Virus record (IMG/VR): IMGVR_UViG_3300028299_000003
Location: 1-64,000 of that record
Direction: 5' to 3' (one strand)
DNA length: 64,000 bases
From: a virus
The notes beneath the pieces are model-generated. The model was not told the origin of the DNA. It did not search any database and worked only from the letters and a program-made list of their open reading frames with translations. Position 1 is the stretch's first letter. Every line of letters starts with the position of its first letter. A program made the position numbers and the translations under genes. Positions 44,894 to 56,303 of this stretch are shown in pieces.

Positions 44894-47044
44894 ATGAGCA
44901 AAGTTGTTAGGTTTAGTGAATTCAAAAAATTAAACGAACTATCAAACTATAATCAATACGGAAATACTACTGGTTTTGCGAATTCGTTGACTGGGAGAGG
45001 AATTATGAGTTTGGTAAAATGGTTTAGAAAAGGTGTTAATCTTTTTAGACTAGAATATTTTAGAAGAAGATTAGAAAACGAGATAGTCGCTGGTATCTTG
45101 AGGGATTATTCTAACGCGTTAGAAGATTTTGAAGGACAAGAAGAAAAAGGACAAGAAGAACCAAAATCACAAGAAGAAAAGAAAATTATTGTTGATTATC
45201 AGTGTCCTAAACTATTCCAAGAGATGGACAGACCATTGTGGGATGAATATTATGAACATATGAAAATTATTGGTATGGGTAAAAATTATGGAGTTGAAGT
45301 TCCAAGTGATGATATATTGATGAAATTACCAGTTGAATGTGAGAATTTAATAAAATTACAAAATAAATATACATCTGAATTAGATGACGGCCGAGTACAA
45401 CTTAGAACTATGAGACAAACATACGATAGTAAATCCTCTGGTGGAGTTAGTGGTGAAGAAGAATTAAAAAAAGCTAAAAATAGTTTAGATTTATGGGAAT
45501 GTATAGTTGGTATAGCAAATAATATGTTAAAAACAATTGAACGACTTATTGTTATAAAAAAATGCACTGATGAAGGTAATATGAAAGAATTACCACCACA
45601 TAATATTAAGCAAATAACAGCTGGTAGTAATATAGTTAAATATGATTATAAAGGAAAAGAAATTATGGTCATAAAAACTAAGGATGGACAGTTAGTGACT
45701 GTTGATGAAAAAGGACAAATAGTAAAGTTTAATAAAGATAATGTTCCCGAGGTTATAAATCCAGATATCGTTACCTCACAAGAGAGTATAATCGGGTTAT
45801 TTTCTATTTATATGAATGATCCTAGTAAGATTGAAAATAATACAAAAATTGTTGTTAATTTAGTAAATAAATTGGATTTAACCGATTCTGGAATTGGTGA
45901 AATTATAACAAATTTATATAAAATATCAAAAAGTTCTGGTGTATTAGAAAAATATCCAGAATTTGGTAAGTTCTTAAAAGACAAATTACTAAAAATCAGA
46001 GGTGCACAAACAGTAAATGTAAATGATTCATTCAGAGTATCATACGATGATTTTCTAAATGAAATGGGTATGACATCAACAAAACCAACCACTGGTGTTC
46101 TAGATAAATTATCTGGATATAGAAAAATATTTGGTGAAAAAGATTTGAATTGGGATTTACTAGGTTCAAAGGATATGGATGATGTTGTCAATTATTATAT
46201 GGATAAAACAAAAGGTAAAGAAAGAAGAGAAAGTGCGACAAATATGGTAAATCTAAACGCGATTGCCGCGATAGCGAACTCAGTAGAAGGTATAATATAT
46301 AACATAGAACCAAATCCATCAACTAAATTAACACCAGGTACTGGTGGTGGAATAACTGGAAATGAAACCGCGTTAGCGAGAAAATGGAGAAAAATGGTAA
46401 ACAACACACTCGCGAGATTTAAATATTTTGTAAATACAGATAAGGTTGATCCACTTAGAATGGATGTTAAAGCTGGTGGTAAAGAAGTTAAAAAATATGC
46501 AGATAAAATGTCAGGTGAGGTTGATGATACTATAAATATTGTTAAATGTATTGAAAATAATAAGGGAAGACTGATTAAAAATGTCAAAGTTTCAGATAAT
46601 AATAATGATTTAAAAAATTATTTGATGTATGTTTTTTGTCATGAAGGTAAGACCTTAATTATGAGATTGGTCTCACATAATGATGGTAAACCAATATTTA
46701 AAATAATGAATGAAATAATGGATACTGAAGATCCTAAAAAAGTAGTTAAAGGAGAATTAGACGATAAAGGAAATTATAAAGCTTTTTATTGTTATTTTCC
46801 TCGTTTAATAACAGCTAGTAACACAGATAAGAAAAAATTAACAAAGATAAAGTTATATGTTGGTGGTGATAATCCTAGATTTTTGAAGGATATGGATATG
46901 CACTATTACACATATATTTTTCTTAAGGTTGACATTGATGAAACTGAAATGTTTAAAAAATCATTAGATTTCAAAACAGTTAATGTAAATGGAAAAGATG
47001 TATTATCAGATGAAATAATTAAATTAATAACTCCAAAAAAATAA
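44894..47044 (+). CDS. Large hypothetical (probable internal virion) protein
   Basis: N-terminal VVRFSEFKKLNE and internal YDDFLNE motifs. Confidence 0.6.
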   Translation: MSKVVRFSEFKKLNELSNYNQYGNTTGFANSLTGRGIMSLVKWFRKGVNLFRLEYFRRRLENEIVAGILRDYSNALEDFEGQEEKGQEEPKSQEEKKIIVDYQCPKLFQEMDRPLWDEYYEHMKIIGMGKNYGVEVPSDDILMKLPVECENLIKLQNKYTSELDDGRVQLRTMRQTYDSKSSGGVSGEEELKKAKNSLDLWECIVGIANNMLKTIERLIVIKKCTDEGNMKELPPHNIKQITAGSNIVKYDYKGKEIMVIKTKDGQLVTVDEKGQIVKFNKDNVPEVINPDIVTSQESIIGLFSIYMNDPSKIENNTKIVVNLVNKLDLTDSGIGEIITNLYKISKSSGVLEKYPEFGKFLKDKLLKIRGAQTVNVNDSFRVSYDDFLNEMGMTSTKPTTGVLDKLSGYRKIFGEKDLNWDLLGSKDMDDVVNYYMDKTKGKERRESATNMVNLNAIAAIANSVEGIIYNIEPNPSTKLTPGTGGGITGNETALARKWRKMVNNTLARFKYFVNTDKVDPLRMDVKAGGKEVKKYADKMSGEVDDTINIVKCIENNKGRLIKNVKVSDNNNDLKNYLMYVFCHEGKTLIMRLVSHNDGKPIFKIMNEIMDTEDPKKVVKGELDDKGNYKAFYCYFPRLITASNTDKKKLTKIKLYVGGDNPRFLKDMDMHYYTYIFLKVDIDETEMFKKSLDFKTVNVNGKDVLSDEIIKLITPKK

Positions 47045-47051
47045 GAAAATT

Positions 47052-47396
47052 ATGAAACATTTAAAATTATTTGAAGAACTTATAGATCCATTTGCTGATG
47101 AACAATGGGAAGAAGAAGAATATGGACAAGAAATGATAGATATATTTAAGAATTTTCTTGAGAATGATGATTCTGAAATATCAAAAGAATTATTAAATAA
47201 TGGTGCTTATGAAGATTTAGATCCTAATAGGCCAATAAAAATTGGTCGATTTATTGATAGATATTTAGGTAGGCGCAGAGACATAGAACATATGGAATCC
47301 GTGTTAACATTTTTTAATAGATTTAAACAATATATAATTAAGAACAAGGTTAAATCTTCTAATTTTCCACATATTGATTATCATAGAATTCCATAA
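47052..47396 (+). CDS. Hypothetical protein, MKHLKLFEE family
   Basis: Shared N-terminal motif and DPFADEQWEEE. Confidence 0.6.
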   Translation: MKHLKLFEELIDPFADEQWEEEEYGQEMIDIFKNFLENDDSEISKELLNNGAYEDLDPNRPIKIGRFIDRYLGRRRDIEHMESVLTFFNRFKQYIIKNKVKSSNFPHIDYHRIP

Positions 47397-47433
47397 ATAG
47401 ATTTTCGGATTTTTAATAAAAAATAAAATAATT

Positions 47434-47637
47434 ATGAAAAAAATATTAAAATTTAACGACTTTATCATAGAACAAAATGACCCATCTTCTAAAGAAGAAG
47501 AGGAAATAAAACAATTAGATGATGATATTAACAAAACCAAACTGGAATTGAAGAAGAAGGAATTGGAAATATTAAGAAATAGACAGAAGAATCAGTCTGA
47601 AGTAGAGAAACAAGATAAAGCACAACAAAACAAATAA
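47434..47637 (+). CDS. Small coiled-coil protein, ILKFNDFIIE family
   Basis: Shared N-terminal motif. Confidence 0.55.
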   Translation: MKKILKFNDFIIEQNDPSSKEEEEIKQLDDDINKTKLELKKKELEILRNRQKNQSEVEKQDKAQQNK

Positions 47638-47644
47638 TTAATTT

Positions 47645-48445
47645 GTGAAATACATACAGAGATTTAATGAAAGTATAAAAATAGGTGCAAAAGAATACAA
47701 AAAGCAATTAACAGAGGAAGATTTTCTTTATTTATTCAATAAAAATTGTAATAACTTTAATATAAACGATAGAGCACTTATAAGAGGTGATAAGAAATTA
47801 TTCGGTGATTTTTATTATTTAAATGGTAAAAATAGAAGTGTTGATTATAAGTGGATGATGAATTGTCCAATTCATTTAGAATTTATGAGAAGTAAACTCT
47901 GGGAAAATTTGCCACAAAAGGATAAATCAACAGATTTTGGATTAGATGGAAACACACAAATTTCTAGTGGGTTTTATGGTACTGTTTATAGAGTGATACC
48001 ATATGATAACGCTACATTTGTTATGAGTGATAAATTAGTTGGTAACTATAACACCATATTAAACAAAGACTTATCAGTACAATTTTTATCTAATGTTAAT
48101 AATGTTCTAAAAGAATTCAATGACTATTTCAATGAAGTTACTTATGATATGAAAAAATTAGTTAGTAACTTAAATAAATTATTCAAAGATAAAAACAATG
48201 TTACTGAGTTTGTTAAAAATAAAACAAACAATTCTGATATAATATTAAAAATTTATGATATAATACATAAAAAGAATATTGATTTTAAAGAATATATGGA
48301 AAACGCGTATAGTCCAAAATCATACACAGTATTAAATTATAAAGAGGTTTTGAATAGTACACTCCCATTTGGATGGACAGATAAACCAGTTTTACTTATA
48401 AAGAGTTACCTATCAAATGATTTTTTTAGAGAGAACCTTTCTTAA
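47645..48445 (+). CDS. Hypothetical protein, MKYIQRFNES family
   Basis: Shared N-terminal motif. Confidence 0.6.
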   Translation: MKYIQRFNESIKIGAKEYKKQLTEEDFLYLFNKNCNNFNINDRALIRGDKKLFGDFYYLNGKNRSVDYKWMMNCPIHLEFMRSKLWENLPQKDKSTDFGLDGNTQISSGFYGTVYRVIPYDNATFVMSDKLVGNYNTILNKDLSVQFLSNVNNVLKEFNDYFNEVTYDMKKLVSNLNKLFKDKNNVTEFVKNKTNNSDIILKIYDIIHKKNIDFKEYMENAYSPKSYTVLNYKEVLNSTLPFGWTDKPVLLIKSYLSNDFFRENLS

Positions 48446-48473
48446 TATATAAAATAAAATATATTGATTCTTA

Positions 48474-51400
48474 ATGGCTACGATAGACCAAAAATTTGTA
48501 GAAAAACTAGAACTATTCACCAATTCATTAGAACAAATAACAGAACTTCTTAAAGAACAAACTAAGAAGGATAATACTGATGTTGTTAATAAACTTCTAA
48601 AGAATATGGACGAAGATAGAATGTCTGTTGTTATAGAAGAATTAAAAGCGGTTAGAACCGATCTTAAAGAAATAAAAACAGATACAAAATCAATCAAATC
48701 ATCAATAGATGAATTAAAGAAAGAAAAAGAAAGAAATAATTTATTCAATAGAATACAAGATCCAGAGAATAAAGATAAAATTGTTGATGGTATAAAAGTT
48801 ATTGGTTTAATCGCTGGTGGTGTTCTCGCGATTGGATTAGCGTTTAAAATAGTTGGTGAAGTAGATTATTTATCAGTACTATCATTAAGTGCTGGTATGG
48901 TTGCGACTGGATATGCGTTTACAATGATTTCAAAAAATCTGAAAGAACAGAAATTATCTTTAAAAGATATTTTTTTGACCGCGTCTGTTCTTCCTATAAT
49001 GGCTGCTGGGTTGGTGATATCTAGTGCTATATTTAGTAGAGGATTATTCACTTTAACCAAAGAACAAGGATTTACATTAGTTGTTATATCAGCGACGATG
49101 GGGATGGCGATGTATCTAATGACTAAAGCTATTACAGATACAAAGAAAGTATCAGAAGGAAAAATAGAAACTAATTTATCTAGTTATATGATGTTACCAG
49201 TTATTTTACCATTGATAGCGAGTGGAATTTTAATATCTGGATGGATTCTAAGTGCTGTACCAACAATAGCACCATCAAAATTATTATCTATTGGTGTAAT
49301 AACATTAATCGCTGGTGTGTCATTGTGGTTAATGACAAAAGCGTTATCAAAAACAAAAAAAGAAGGTGATGGAAAAGATTTAAAATCTAATTTTCAAAAT
49401 TATTTGGCGTTACCTGTTATTTTACCATTAATAGCTAGTGGATTGGTAGCAGCTAGTATAATATATCTTATGATGAAAACTATGAGTAAAGATGAAGCTA
49501 TAGATCTATTATTGACTAGTGCTGCTATAGGTGCTTCAATGTTAGTAATGATACCGACGATATACTTGTTGAGTAAAACTGGATTAAAACCAGGGGATAC
49601 AGCTAAAATGACACTAATCTTACCACTTATAGCTGGTGGAATAGCTGTGTCATCATGGATATTATCAGAAGGAATATATGATGAAAGTAAAGTACCTTCA
49701 TATAAATGGTCATTAATGACTGGATTATCATTCATCGTATTTGGTGGATCAATGTTCTTATTAGGAAAATTTTTAAAGCAACAAGAGATTATAATAGGTG
49801 GATTAGCGGTACTAGGTGTAGCGTTTGTGATGATGGTAGCGTCAAAAATAATAAATGATGGATCATATAAATCTTTTCCATCATATGATTGGTCGTTAGG
49901 AGTTGGATTATCGTTCCTTGTATTTGGTGGTAGTATGGCGGCGTTGGGTTGGTTATCTATGATTGGTGGTGGTTTAGGGATGGTCGCGTTACTCGCTGGT
50001 GGATTAGCGACAATCGGTATGAGTTATGTTATGGTTGAAGTGGATAGAGTAATAAGTGGTGGTTCTTATAAGAAGTTCCCATCATATGATTGGTCAAAAG
50101 GTGTTGGATTATCATTTCTTGTATTTGGTGGTAGTATGGCGGCGTTAGGTGGGTTAATAATAACTGGAATTGGTGCGGTCGCACTTCTAGCTGGCGCCGC
50201 TGCGGTTTGGGGGTTAGGTGAATTAATGGTTGAAGTTGATGATATATTGAGTGGTGGTAAGTGGAAAAAAGATTCTTACCCATCAGAAGAGTGGGCTAAA
50301 GGAGTTGGAACATCATTGGTTCTTTTCGCGGAAGCGGCGGGATCGTCTAGTATATGGGATAAAGTAACAGATTGGATATTTGGATCAAACAAAGATACGA
50401 TGGTTGGGTTAGCTACTGAAATGATAAAGGTCGCGGAAACATTAGGAAGTAGTACAATATGGGATAAGAATCTTAAACATCCATCTGAAAAATGGGCTAA
50501 GGGAGTTGGAATATCAATGATGTATTTCGCTCAGATTTTTGAAATACTTGATAAAGTTGATATAGACTCTGATGAATTTGGAGAAGAATCTGTTAATTTA
50601 ATAAAAGGTATAGAACAAGTCGCTGTTTATTTAAACGATAGTAAGATAAAATGGGATAACATCAGTACAATGCAAAAATTACCAGTCTGGGGAGATAATG
50701 TATCAAAAGGTATTTCATCATTTGTTAAGGTTCTTGACGAAATTGATGAAGCGAGTTATGGAAAGAATGATATAAATATATTTGAATTAACGTTAGATTC
50801 AATTGTTAGTGCTTCCACTAAATTGAAAGGTGTATCAATTGGATCTATAAATGTTAGTGATGTATCAAAAGGTATATCAGAGTTCATCAAGTTACTAGAT
50901 GAACTTGATGAAGCGAGTTATGGTAGAAATGATATAAATATATTTGAATTAACGTTAGATTCAATCGCTAGTGCTTCTAAAAAATTGAAAGGAGTAAAAT
51001 TTGATTCAATAGAAGGATTTACAAAGAGTATTAAAGATTTATTTGAATTCACTAGTAATCAGAGTTTAACAAAAGGAATTAGTATAGATGAAATAATATC
51101 AAATTTTTCAAAACTCGGAGATATTAATACTTCTGGAATAGATAATTTATCATATTCATTGAAGAGTGTTAAAGATGTTTTAGATAATATTGACACTGTT
51201 GGATTACAGAAATTAACAAGTTTTACAAATGATATGTTAGTATTATCATTAATTGATGAATCTAAGTTAGAAAACTTTATAGAAACTATTGATGATAAGA
51301 AATCAGAATTAATAGAAATATTATCTTTAGGTAGAATGGGTGAAAATGTAGGTGGAAATTTTGAAACAACAGTTGTATCTAGACAAATAATTCAAAAAGA

Positions 51401-51563
51401 TACAGAAGAAAAGAAACAAGAAGAAGAAAGATTTAGATCCTTAATGAGTAGATTAGAAATTATGACAAGCATATTCCAAAGTATGTTAGAAGTTAAACGG
51501 ATGGATAATCCAGAAGGCCTTAATTTTACAGAATCAACAAGAAGTAATTTCAACTTCGTCTAA
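48474..51563 (+). CDS. Tape-measure-like / membrane-inserting virion protein
   Basis: 1029 aa, helical, with Gly/Ala-rich hydrophobic repeats (PSYDWS.GVGLSFLVFGGSMAALG; LPVILPLIASG). Confidence 0.55.
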   Translation: MATIDQKFVEKLELFTNSLEQITELLKEQTKKDNTDVVNKLLKNMDEDRMSVVIEELKAVRTDLKEIKTDTKSIKSSIDELKKEKERNNLFNRIQDPENKDKIVDGIKVIGLIAGGVLAIGLAFKIVGEVDYLSVLSLSAGMVATGYAFTMISKNLKEQKLSLKDIFLTASVLPIMAAGLVISSAIFSRGLFTLTKEQGFTLVVISATMGMAMYLMTKAITDTKKVSEGKIETNLSSYMMLPVILPLIASGILISGWILSAVPTIAPSKLLSIGVITLIAGVSLWLMTKALSKTKKEGDGKDLKSNFQNYLALPVILPLIASGLVAASIIYLMMKTMSKDEAIDLLLTSAAIGASMLVMIPTIYLLSKTGLKPGDTAKMTLILPLIAGGIAVSSWILSEGIYDESKVPSYKWSLMTGLSFIVFGGSMFLLGKFLKQQEIIIGGLAVLGVAFVMMVASKIINDGSYKSFPSYDWSLGVGLSFLVFGGSMAALGWLSMIGGGLGMVALLAGGLATIGMSYVMVEVDRVISGGSYKKFPSYDWSKGVGLSFLVFGGSMAALGGLIITGIGAVALLAGAAAVWGLGELMVEVDDILSGGKWKKDSYPSEEWAKGVGTSLVLFAEAAGSSSIWDKVTDWIFGSNKDTMVGLATEMIKVAETLGSSTIWDKNLKHPSEKWAKGVGISMMYFAQIFEILDKVDIDSDEFGEESVNLIKGIEQVAVYLNDSKIKWDNISTMQKLPVWGDNVSKGISSFVKVLDEIDEASYGKNDINIFELTLDSIVSASTKLKGVSIGSINVSDVSKGISEFIKLLDELDEASYGRNDINIFELTLDSIASASKKLKGVKFDSIEGFTKSIKDLFEFTSNQSLTKGISIDEIISNFSKLGDINTSGIDNLSYSLKSVKDVLDNIDTVGLQKLTSFTNDMLVLSLIDESKLENFIETIDDKKSELIEILSLGRMGENVGGNFETTVVSRQIIQKDTEEKKQEEERFRSLMSRLEIMTSIFQSMLEVKRMDNPEGLNFTESTRSNFNFV

Positions 51564-51613
51564 AAAAAATTAAACATTTACATTTTTCTTTATATAATTT
51601 AAAAAAGCTAATT

Positions 51614-52105
51614 ATGATTAGTGGTATTATAAATTTCGTTAAGTATAGAAGACTAATAGAAAAAAATAAAGAAGAATTATCAAGAGAGTTTGGTGTAAAA
51701 ATTGATAATTTATATCGTCTAGGAACAATAGTAAGTATTTCTTCTCAAAAATTAGAGTTAATGAGAAACTATAAAAATTCTGAATTAGATATTCATAAAG
51801 AATTAGATGTAGAAGTTAGACGAATAATATCTAAGATGGATCGTTATTTTATGCAGAAAAATTTAATAGAATACATTGGATTATATGATGTTCAACGAGT
51901 TGGAGAAAATTTAGTAACACTTGTTATGTCGTATAGATTATTGGGTATTGTTAAATTCGCTAAACGAATAAGAATAGTACAAGTAATATCAATACTTAGT
52001 TTATTTTGTGGGTTTTTTGGATTGATGTATATGATACCAGGTGCTTCAATATTCTTACTGATGGTAATACTTAATTCTATACTATTTAAAAAACTTTTTA
52101 TATAA
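51614..52105 (+). CDS. Membrane protein
   Basis: Two C-terminal hydrophobic helices. Confidence 0.6.
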   Translation: MISGIINFVKYRRLIEKNKEELSREFGVKIDNLYRLGTIVSISSQKLELMRNYKNSELDIHKELDVEVRRIISKMDRYFMQKNLIEYIGLYDVQRVGENLVTLVMSYRLLGIVKFAKRIRIVQVISILSLFCGFFGLMYMIPGASIFLLMVILNSILFKKLFI

Positions 52106-52135
52106 ATAAGATATAAACAAAAAATAATAAAAATT

Positions 52136-52564
52136 ATGGCGAAAGAAGACTTTAAAAAATTATCGGATGATATTAAAGATCATTTTCTAAGTATAGAAAA
52201 GGAATTTAATCTTCCAATGGATATAACATTTCATTATCTATCAAATACAAAACAAAAACAATTAATAAAATTTGTTAAGATTCCAGATCAATACTCATGT
52301 GAAATATCACTGAATTCAGATATATTGGTGATTTTTAATGAAGAATACTTTGATAATTTTGATGAAAAATCAAAAAAGATATTGATTGAAAAAGAATTAG
52401 ATAGAATTGAATTTAACTTTGAAAAAGGTACAATAAGATTAATAAATCCAAAGATAAATGTAAATAGTGGGTTTGTAGCGAAACATACCTGGGAATCTGT
52501 TGATAATGCGATTAAATTAGAAGAAGAATTTGAAAAACAAAGAAAAGAAAAAAATAAAGAATAA
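52136..52564 (+). CDS. Hypothetical protein (degenerate phage metallopeptidase-like)
   Basis: ILIEKELDRI where HELxH would be expected. Confidence 0.45.
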   Translation: MAKEDFKKLSDDIKDHFLSIEKEFNLPMDITFHYLSNTKQKQLIKFVKIPDQYSCEISLNSDILVIFNEEYFDNFDEKSKKILIEKELDRIEFNFEKGTIRLINPKINVNSGFVAKHTWESVDNAIKLEEEFEKQRKEKNKE

Positions 52565-52806
52565 TTATGACATTTTCAGAATATATTATACAACAAAGAA
52601 GTTTGAATTTTTATTTTATATCTATTTATGATATGAATAGACTTGGTTGTAATATGACTATTGAAGAATGGTTTTCGGATCTTTATTATGATTATAATAT
52701 TCTTTTTCCACGAAATTAAAAAATTAATAAGATAATTATGACAGATTTAGAAATCTTTAACAATTTCAAATATCTTTTAGAATGTTAATAAAAAAAAATA
52801 AAAATT

Positions 52807-53670
52807 ATGGAAATAAATAAAGAAGATTTACAAGATTTTGTCATTAGTGACGAACAAACAAATCTAGAAGATAATTTTGGTGACCTACAAGTAACAACTA
52901 TCGGTGTAGTTGATCAATTTGATTTTACTAGTGAAGATGAGTTTAATGTGGAAGAATCATTTGAATATGTTAAACACACAAAAAAACCATCAGAGACTAA
53001 GGAACTAGCTAAAAACCGAGAAGCAGATAATATAATCAAAGAAACAGCGTCTAAATATATTGATCAATCATATGTTGAAGCTATGAATAAAGAGTACGAT
53101 AATTTAAGAGCGTTGTTAAAAAGATATGATGTCAATAGTGAATTAGTTAAGAATATGGTAGAAGAAGATAAGGATAAGATTTATGGTATCGCGGAATATT
53201 TGTTTAATAATTTTCAATCAAGATTAAACGATATGAGTTTTTCTTTTGATTTGACTCGTGGTGAGTGGAAATTTTTATTCAATTCATTATTTCACAAAAT
53301 TGAGTATGATCAAAATGAGGTATTTCAGGTAAACGAATTGAGAGAAAAATATCTTGATAATGTTATAGAGACAGTAAAATCATTAGATAAATCAATGGAA
53401 GATATTCCAACAGTTGTTGGTGTTGATTATCTAATTATTTTATATCACATAATTTCTAAGTATAAAGTTAAAGGAATCAGTTCCGAGTATTACGCGTATA
53501 TTGGATTGTTAAAAAAAATCGCGGAAAGAATAAAACTTTATAACGCGTACAATGTTTGGATTCAAAGACTCAGTTCAGACTTTCAACTATGGGGTGGTGG
53601 TTTGAGTGTGGATGAAGAAATTCTTAATGGCAGTGGTATGTCAGAAGTTCAGGAAACTCAAGAAGATTAA
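52807..53670 (+). CDS. Hypothetical protein
   Basis: 287-aa acidic ORF. Confidence 0.6.
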   Translation: MEINKEDLQDFVISDEQTNLEDNFGDLQVTTIGVVDQFDFTSEDEFNVEESFEYVKHTKKPSETKELAKNREADNIIKETASKYIDQSYVEAMNKEYDNLRALLKRYDVNSELVKNMVEEDKDKIYGIAEYLFNNFQSRLNDMSFSFDLTRGEWKFLFNSLFHKIEYDQNEVFQVNELREKYLDNVIETVKSLDKSMEDIPTVVGVDYLIILYHIISKYKVKGISSEYYAYIGLLKKIAERIKLYNAYNVWIQRLSSDFQLWGGGLSVDEEILNGSGMSEVQETQED

Positions 53671-53722
53671 AATAATCTTGGATTTTATCCACAAAAGCAA
53701 TTTATGAAAATAAAATTAGATT

Positions 53723-54157
53723 ATGAAGATTAAAGTAGTAAATAAATCAAATAATGAAATACCAAAATACGCTGAACCTTTTTCAGCTGGTGTGGATTTA
53801 AGAGCAAATATAGATAGACCGATGATATTAGAACAATCGGAATTTTTTACAATTCCAACTGGAATTTATATTGAATTACCTAAAGGTACTTTTGGTATGG
53901 TGACACCTAGAAGTGGATTGGCTTCTAAATTTGGTATTTCAATTGTTAATTCACCTGGTATTATAGATAGTTCATATCGCGGAGAATTAAAGATTATATT
54001 AATTAATCATGGAAAAGAACCATTTATGATAAATAATGGTGATAGAATCGCACAATTAATATTGATGAATTATCAAAAGATTAATTTTGAAATAGTCGAT
54101 AAACTTTCTGAAACTGAACGTGGTATCGGTGGTTTTAATTCAACAGGTGTTAAATAA
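53723..54157 (+). CDS. dut: dUTP diphosphatase (trimeric)
   Basis: AGVDL, PRSGLA, GIIDSSYRGE, RIAQL and RGIGGFNSTG motifs. Confidence 0.95.
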   Translation: MKIKVVNKSNNEIPKYAEPFSAGVDLRANIDRPMILEQSEFFTIPTGIYIELPKGTFGMVTPRSGLASKFGISIVNSPGIIDSSYRGELKIILINHGKEPFMINNGDRIAQLILMNYQKINFEIVDKLSETERGIGGFNSTGVK

Positions 54158-54182
54158 TTGTAAAAAATAAATTTTTAAAAAT

Positions 54183-54413
54183 ATGACTAGATTGGAATTT
54201 TTATATAAAGAATTGGGTTCATTAGTAGATGATATATCAGAATTAGCTGGAACCGAATTTGAAGAGGTAGAAGAAGCGTTGGATTGGTTGAAAGAAGATG
54301 GAACAGATGATTCACTAGACTTTCTAGATAAACTAGAATCTGTAATAGATGAAATAGATGAAATAGAAAGTGAATCAGATGTTGATGAATTTTTTGATGA
54401 TGAAGATTATTAA
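54183..54413 (+). CDS. Very acidic small protein
   Basis: D/E-rich; possible nucleic-acid mimic. Confidence 0.55.
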   Translation: MTRLEFLYKELGSLVDDISELAGTEFEEVEEALDWLKEDGTDDSLDFLDKLESVIDEIDEIESESDVDEFFDDEDY

Positions 54414-54429
54414 AAAATAATTAGAAACA

Positions 54430-54457
54430 AAAAAATCGGAGTAATTTCCGATTTTTT
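54430..54457. terminator. Bidirectional intrinsic terminator
   Basis: aaaaaatcgga-gtaatt-tccgatttttt between convergent genes. Confidence 0.75.
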
Positions 54458-54784
54458 TTATAAAAAATATCTGTAAACTTTTTCAGTATGTTTACAAGTA
54501 TTATCCTTTCTGAATTTTAGACATTCACAACTTAGTATATAATCTTCGTGTAATGTTAATTTTGTCGTATTTTCTTTATCTTTTATTAAAAATGTTTTTT
54601 TATCTCTGTTTATAGACATCTGATTTGTTCTAATCCAAACACTCATTAATTTACCTAACGTTATACTTTCATCTAATAATTGATACATTATGTAATCAAT
54701 AACAACAAATCTATTACCACCATTGGTTCTTGTTATTACTGGTTTTGAGTGAATTATATTTGGTATTTTTGTTAATATATCCAT
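54458..54784 (-). CDS. SWIM zinc-finger protein
   Basis: SCECLKFRKDNTCKH. Confidence 0.65.
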   Translation of the reverse strand: MDILTKIPNIIHSKPVITRTNGGNRFVVIDYIMYQLLDESITLGKLMSVWIRTNQMSINRDKKTFLIKDKENTTKLTLHEDYILSCECLKFRKDNTCKHTEKVYRYFL

Positions 54785-55392
54785 TATTCAAAAGTATTTG
54801 TATATACTTTAGTTATAAAATTTATTCCATTACTGTTTAATTCCCTAGTTCCTATACCAGCGAAATTTGGTGTTAGTTTTGGAATATATGATATTTCTTT
54901 AAACCCATCATCTTCATATTTGAATAACATATCTTTATCTTGGTCAAAAACAAAAATAGGATTTTCTGTGAATGTTTTAGCCAGTTCTACAGAATACCCC
55001 GTACCACCATCAACGACTTCTATTTTGGATTTATTCTCATACCTATTGCCCTTTTCACCTGGTTTTATAATATTACCAATCGCGAAAATAGATTCAGAAT
55101 TTTTAACCTGAAACCAATTTCTAGAAAGAAGTTTACGAACATACCTAGAAGACCCAAATAATTGCCTACTCATATTATTAGAAACTACTAATACTTTCTC
55201 CCATCCTTCCATTAGTTCATCATCAGATAGAATCTTTCTACTTGGAGATAAACATCTATGATCATCAAATGAATAAGCGATAGTGTCAACACCATATTGT
55301 TTTCCTGTGGTTTCCCACGCGATATCCGATCCGCGAGCTCCACCACTATGATTTATATATTTCATAATTATTTTTTTTTTCAAAATTATCAA
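54784..55392 (-). CDS. SLOG/DprA-like nucleotide-binding protein
   Basis: HSGGARGSD, GGTGY and FAGIGTR motifs. Confidence 0.6.
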   Translation of the reverse strand: MIILKKKIIMKYINHSGGARGSDIAWETTGKQYGVDTIAYSFDDHRCLSPSRKILSDDELMEGWEKVLVVSNNMSRQLFGSSRYVRKLLSRNWFQVKNSESIFAIGNIIKPGEKGNRYENKSKIEVVDGGTGYSVELAKTFTENPIFVFDQDKDMLFKYEDDGFKEISYIPKLTPNFAGIGTRELNSNGINFITKVYTNTFE

Positions 55393-55546
55393 TTTGTTCT
55401 TGAAGTATTTTTTTCTGTAGTTTTTCCATTTCTTTTAATGTATTATACAGATTTTCAAAATCAAAAGTATAACAATCATCTAAAAATTTTATCTGGTATT
55501 TAATGTCCTCAGATAAAAGTTCGTATCTTTCAAATATTTCTTCCAT
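55346..55546 (-). CDS. Hypothetical protein
   Basis: Small ORF in the minus-strand run. Confidence 0.45.
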   Translation of the reverse strand: MEEIFERYELLSEDIKYQIKFLDDCYTFDFENLYNTLKEMEKLQKKILQEQIDNFEKKNNYEIYKS

Positions 55547-55578
55547 TTTTTTTGTAAATATAAGTTATAAAATTTCAA

Positions 55579-56121
55579 TTAACAACTTTTCTTAAGAAGT
55601 TTTTTCAATTTTTTAGAAAAATCCCTTGATTTCTTTTTCAAATCCTTTTCATCACTATTATTATCTATAATGATATCATATTCATAATTTTCAACATTCA
55701 TATCAGAATCGTTATTTGGAATAAACTCAACTTCTTTTTTTACGAGTAATGTTAGACATAAATTTCCATAAAATTTCTTTAGTTTATCTATTTCTTGTGG
55801 TTCTCGTATATGAACAAAGTAAACATTAATTCTAGTGTCTTTATTATTTTTTACACAATAATCAGTATCTACTTTTATTTTATCTATAATATCATTAAAT
55901 GGCCCATCATTATATTCACTCCAAATCCTTTTCAAGTCGGATAGAAACTTTCTAGACCTCTCTTCTTTTTTTCCATCCCATCCAAAACACAATTCCGCGA
56001 CACTTTTTACCTTATCAACTGATGATAAGTTTTTTACTCTAAAATCAGAAACTTCTTTTACATAACTTACAAATTTGTCTTTTCCAACTTGGGAAGTTCC
56101 ATTAACTATTACAATTATCAT
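55579..56121 (-). CDS. P-loop nucleotide-monophosphate-kinase-like protein
   Basis: NGTSQVGKD P-loop; RKFLSDLK, HIREPQE and YDIIIDN motifs. Confidence 0.65.
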   Translation of the reverse strand: MIIVIVNGTSQVGKDKFVSYVKEVSDFRVKNLSSVDKVKSVAELCFGWDGKKEERSRKFLSDLKRIWSEYNDGPFNDIIDKIKVDTDYCVKNNKDTRINVYFVHIREPQEIDKLKKFYGNLCLTLLVKKEVEFIPNNDSDMNVENYEYDIIIDNNSDEKDLKKKSRDFSKKLKKLLKKSC

Positions 56122-56303
56122 TTATCATAAATTATTTTTTCAACAGGTACAGAATATTCGTACCATAGTTTATCGTTAGTTACACCTATTTTAGCGTTAC
56201 AATCCTCACATTTTATAAATGTTTTATTTCTCTTAAGATTCTGTTTGTTACAAACAGGGCATTTTTTAATATCATCTAATTCCATTATATTATATTATTT
56301 TTT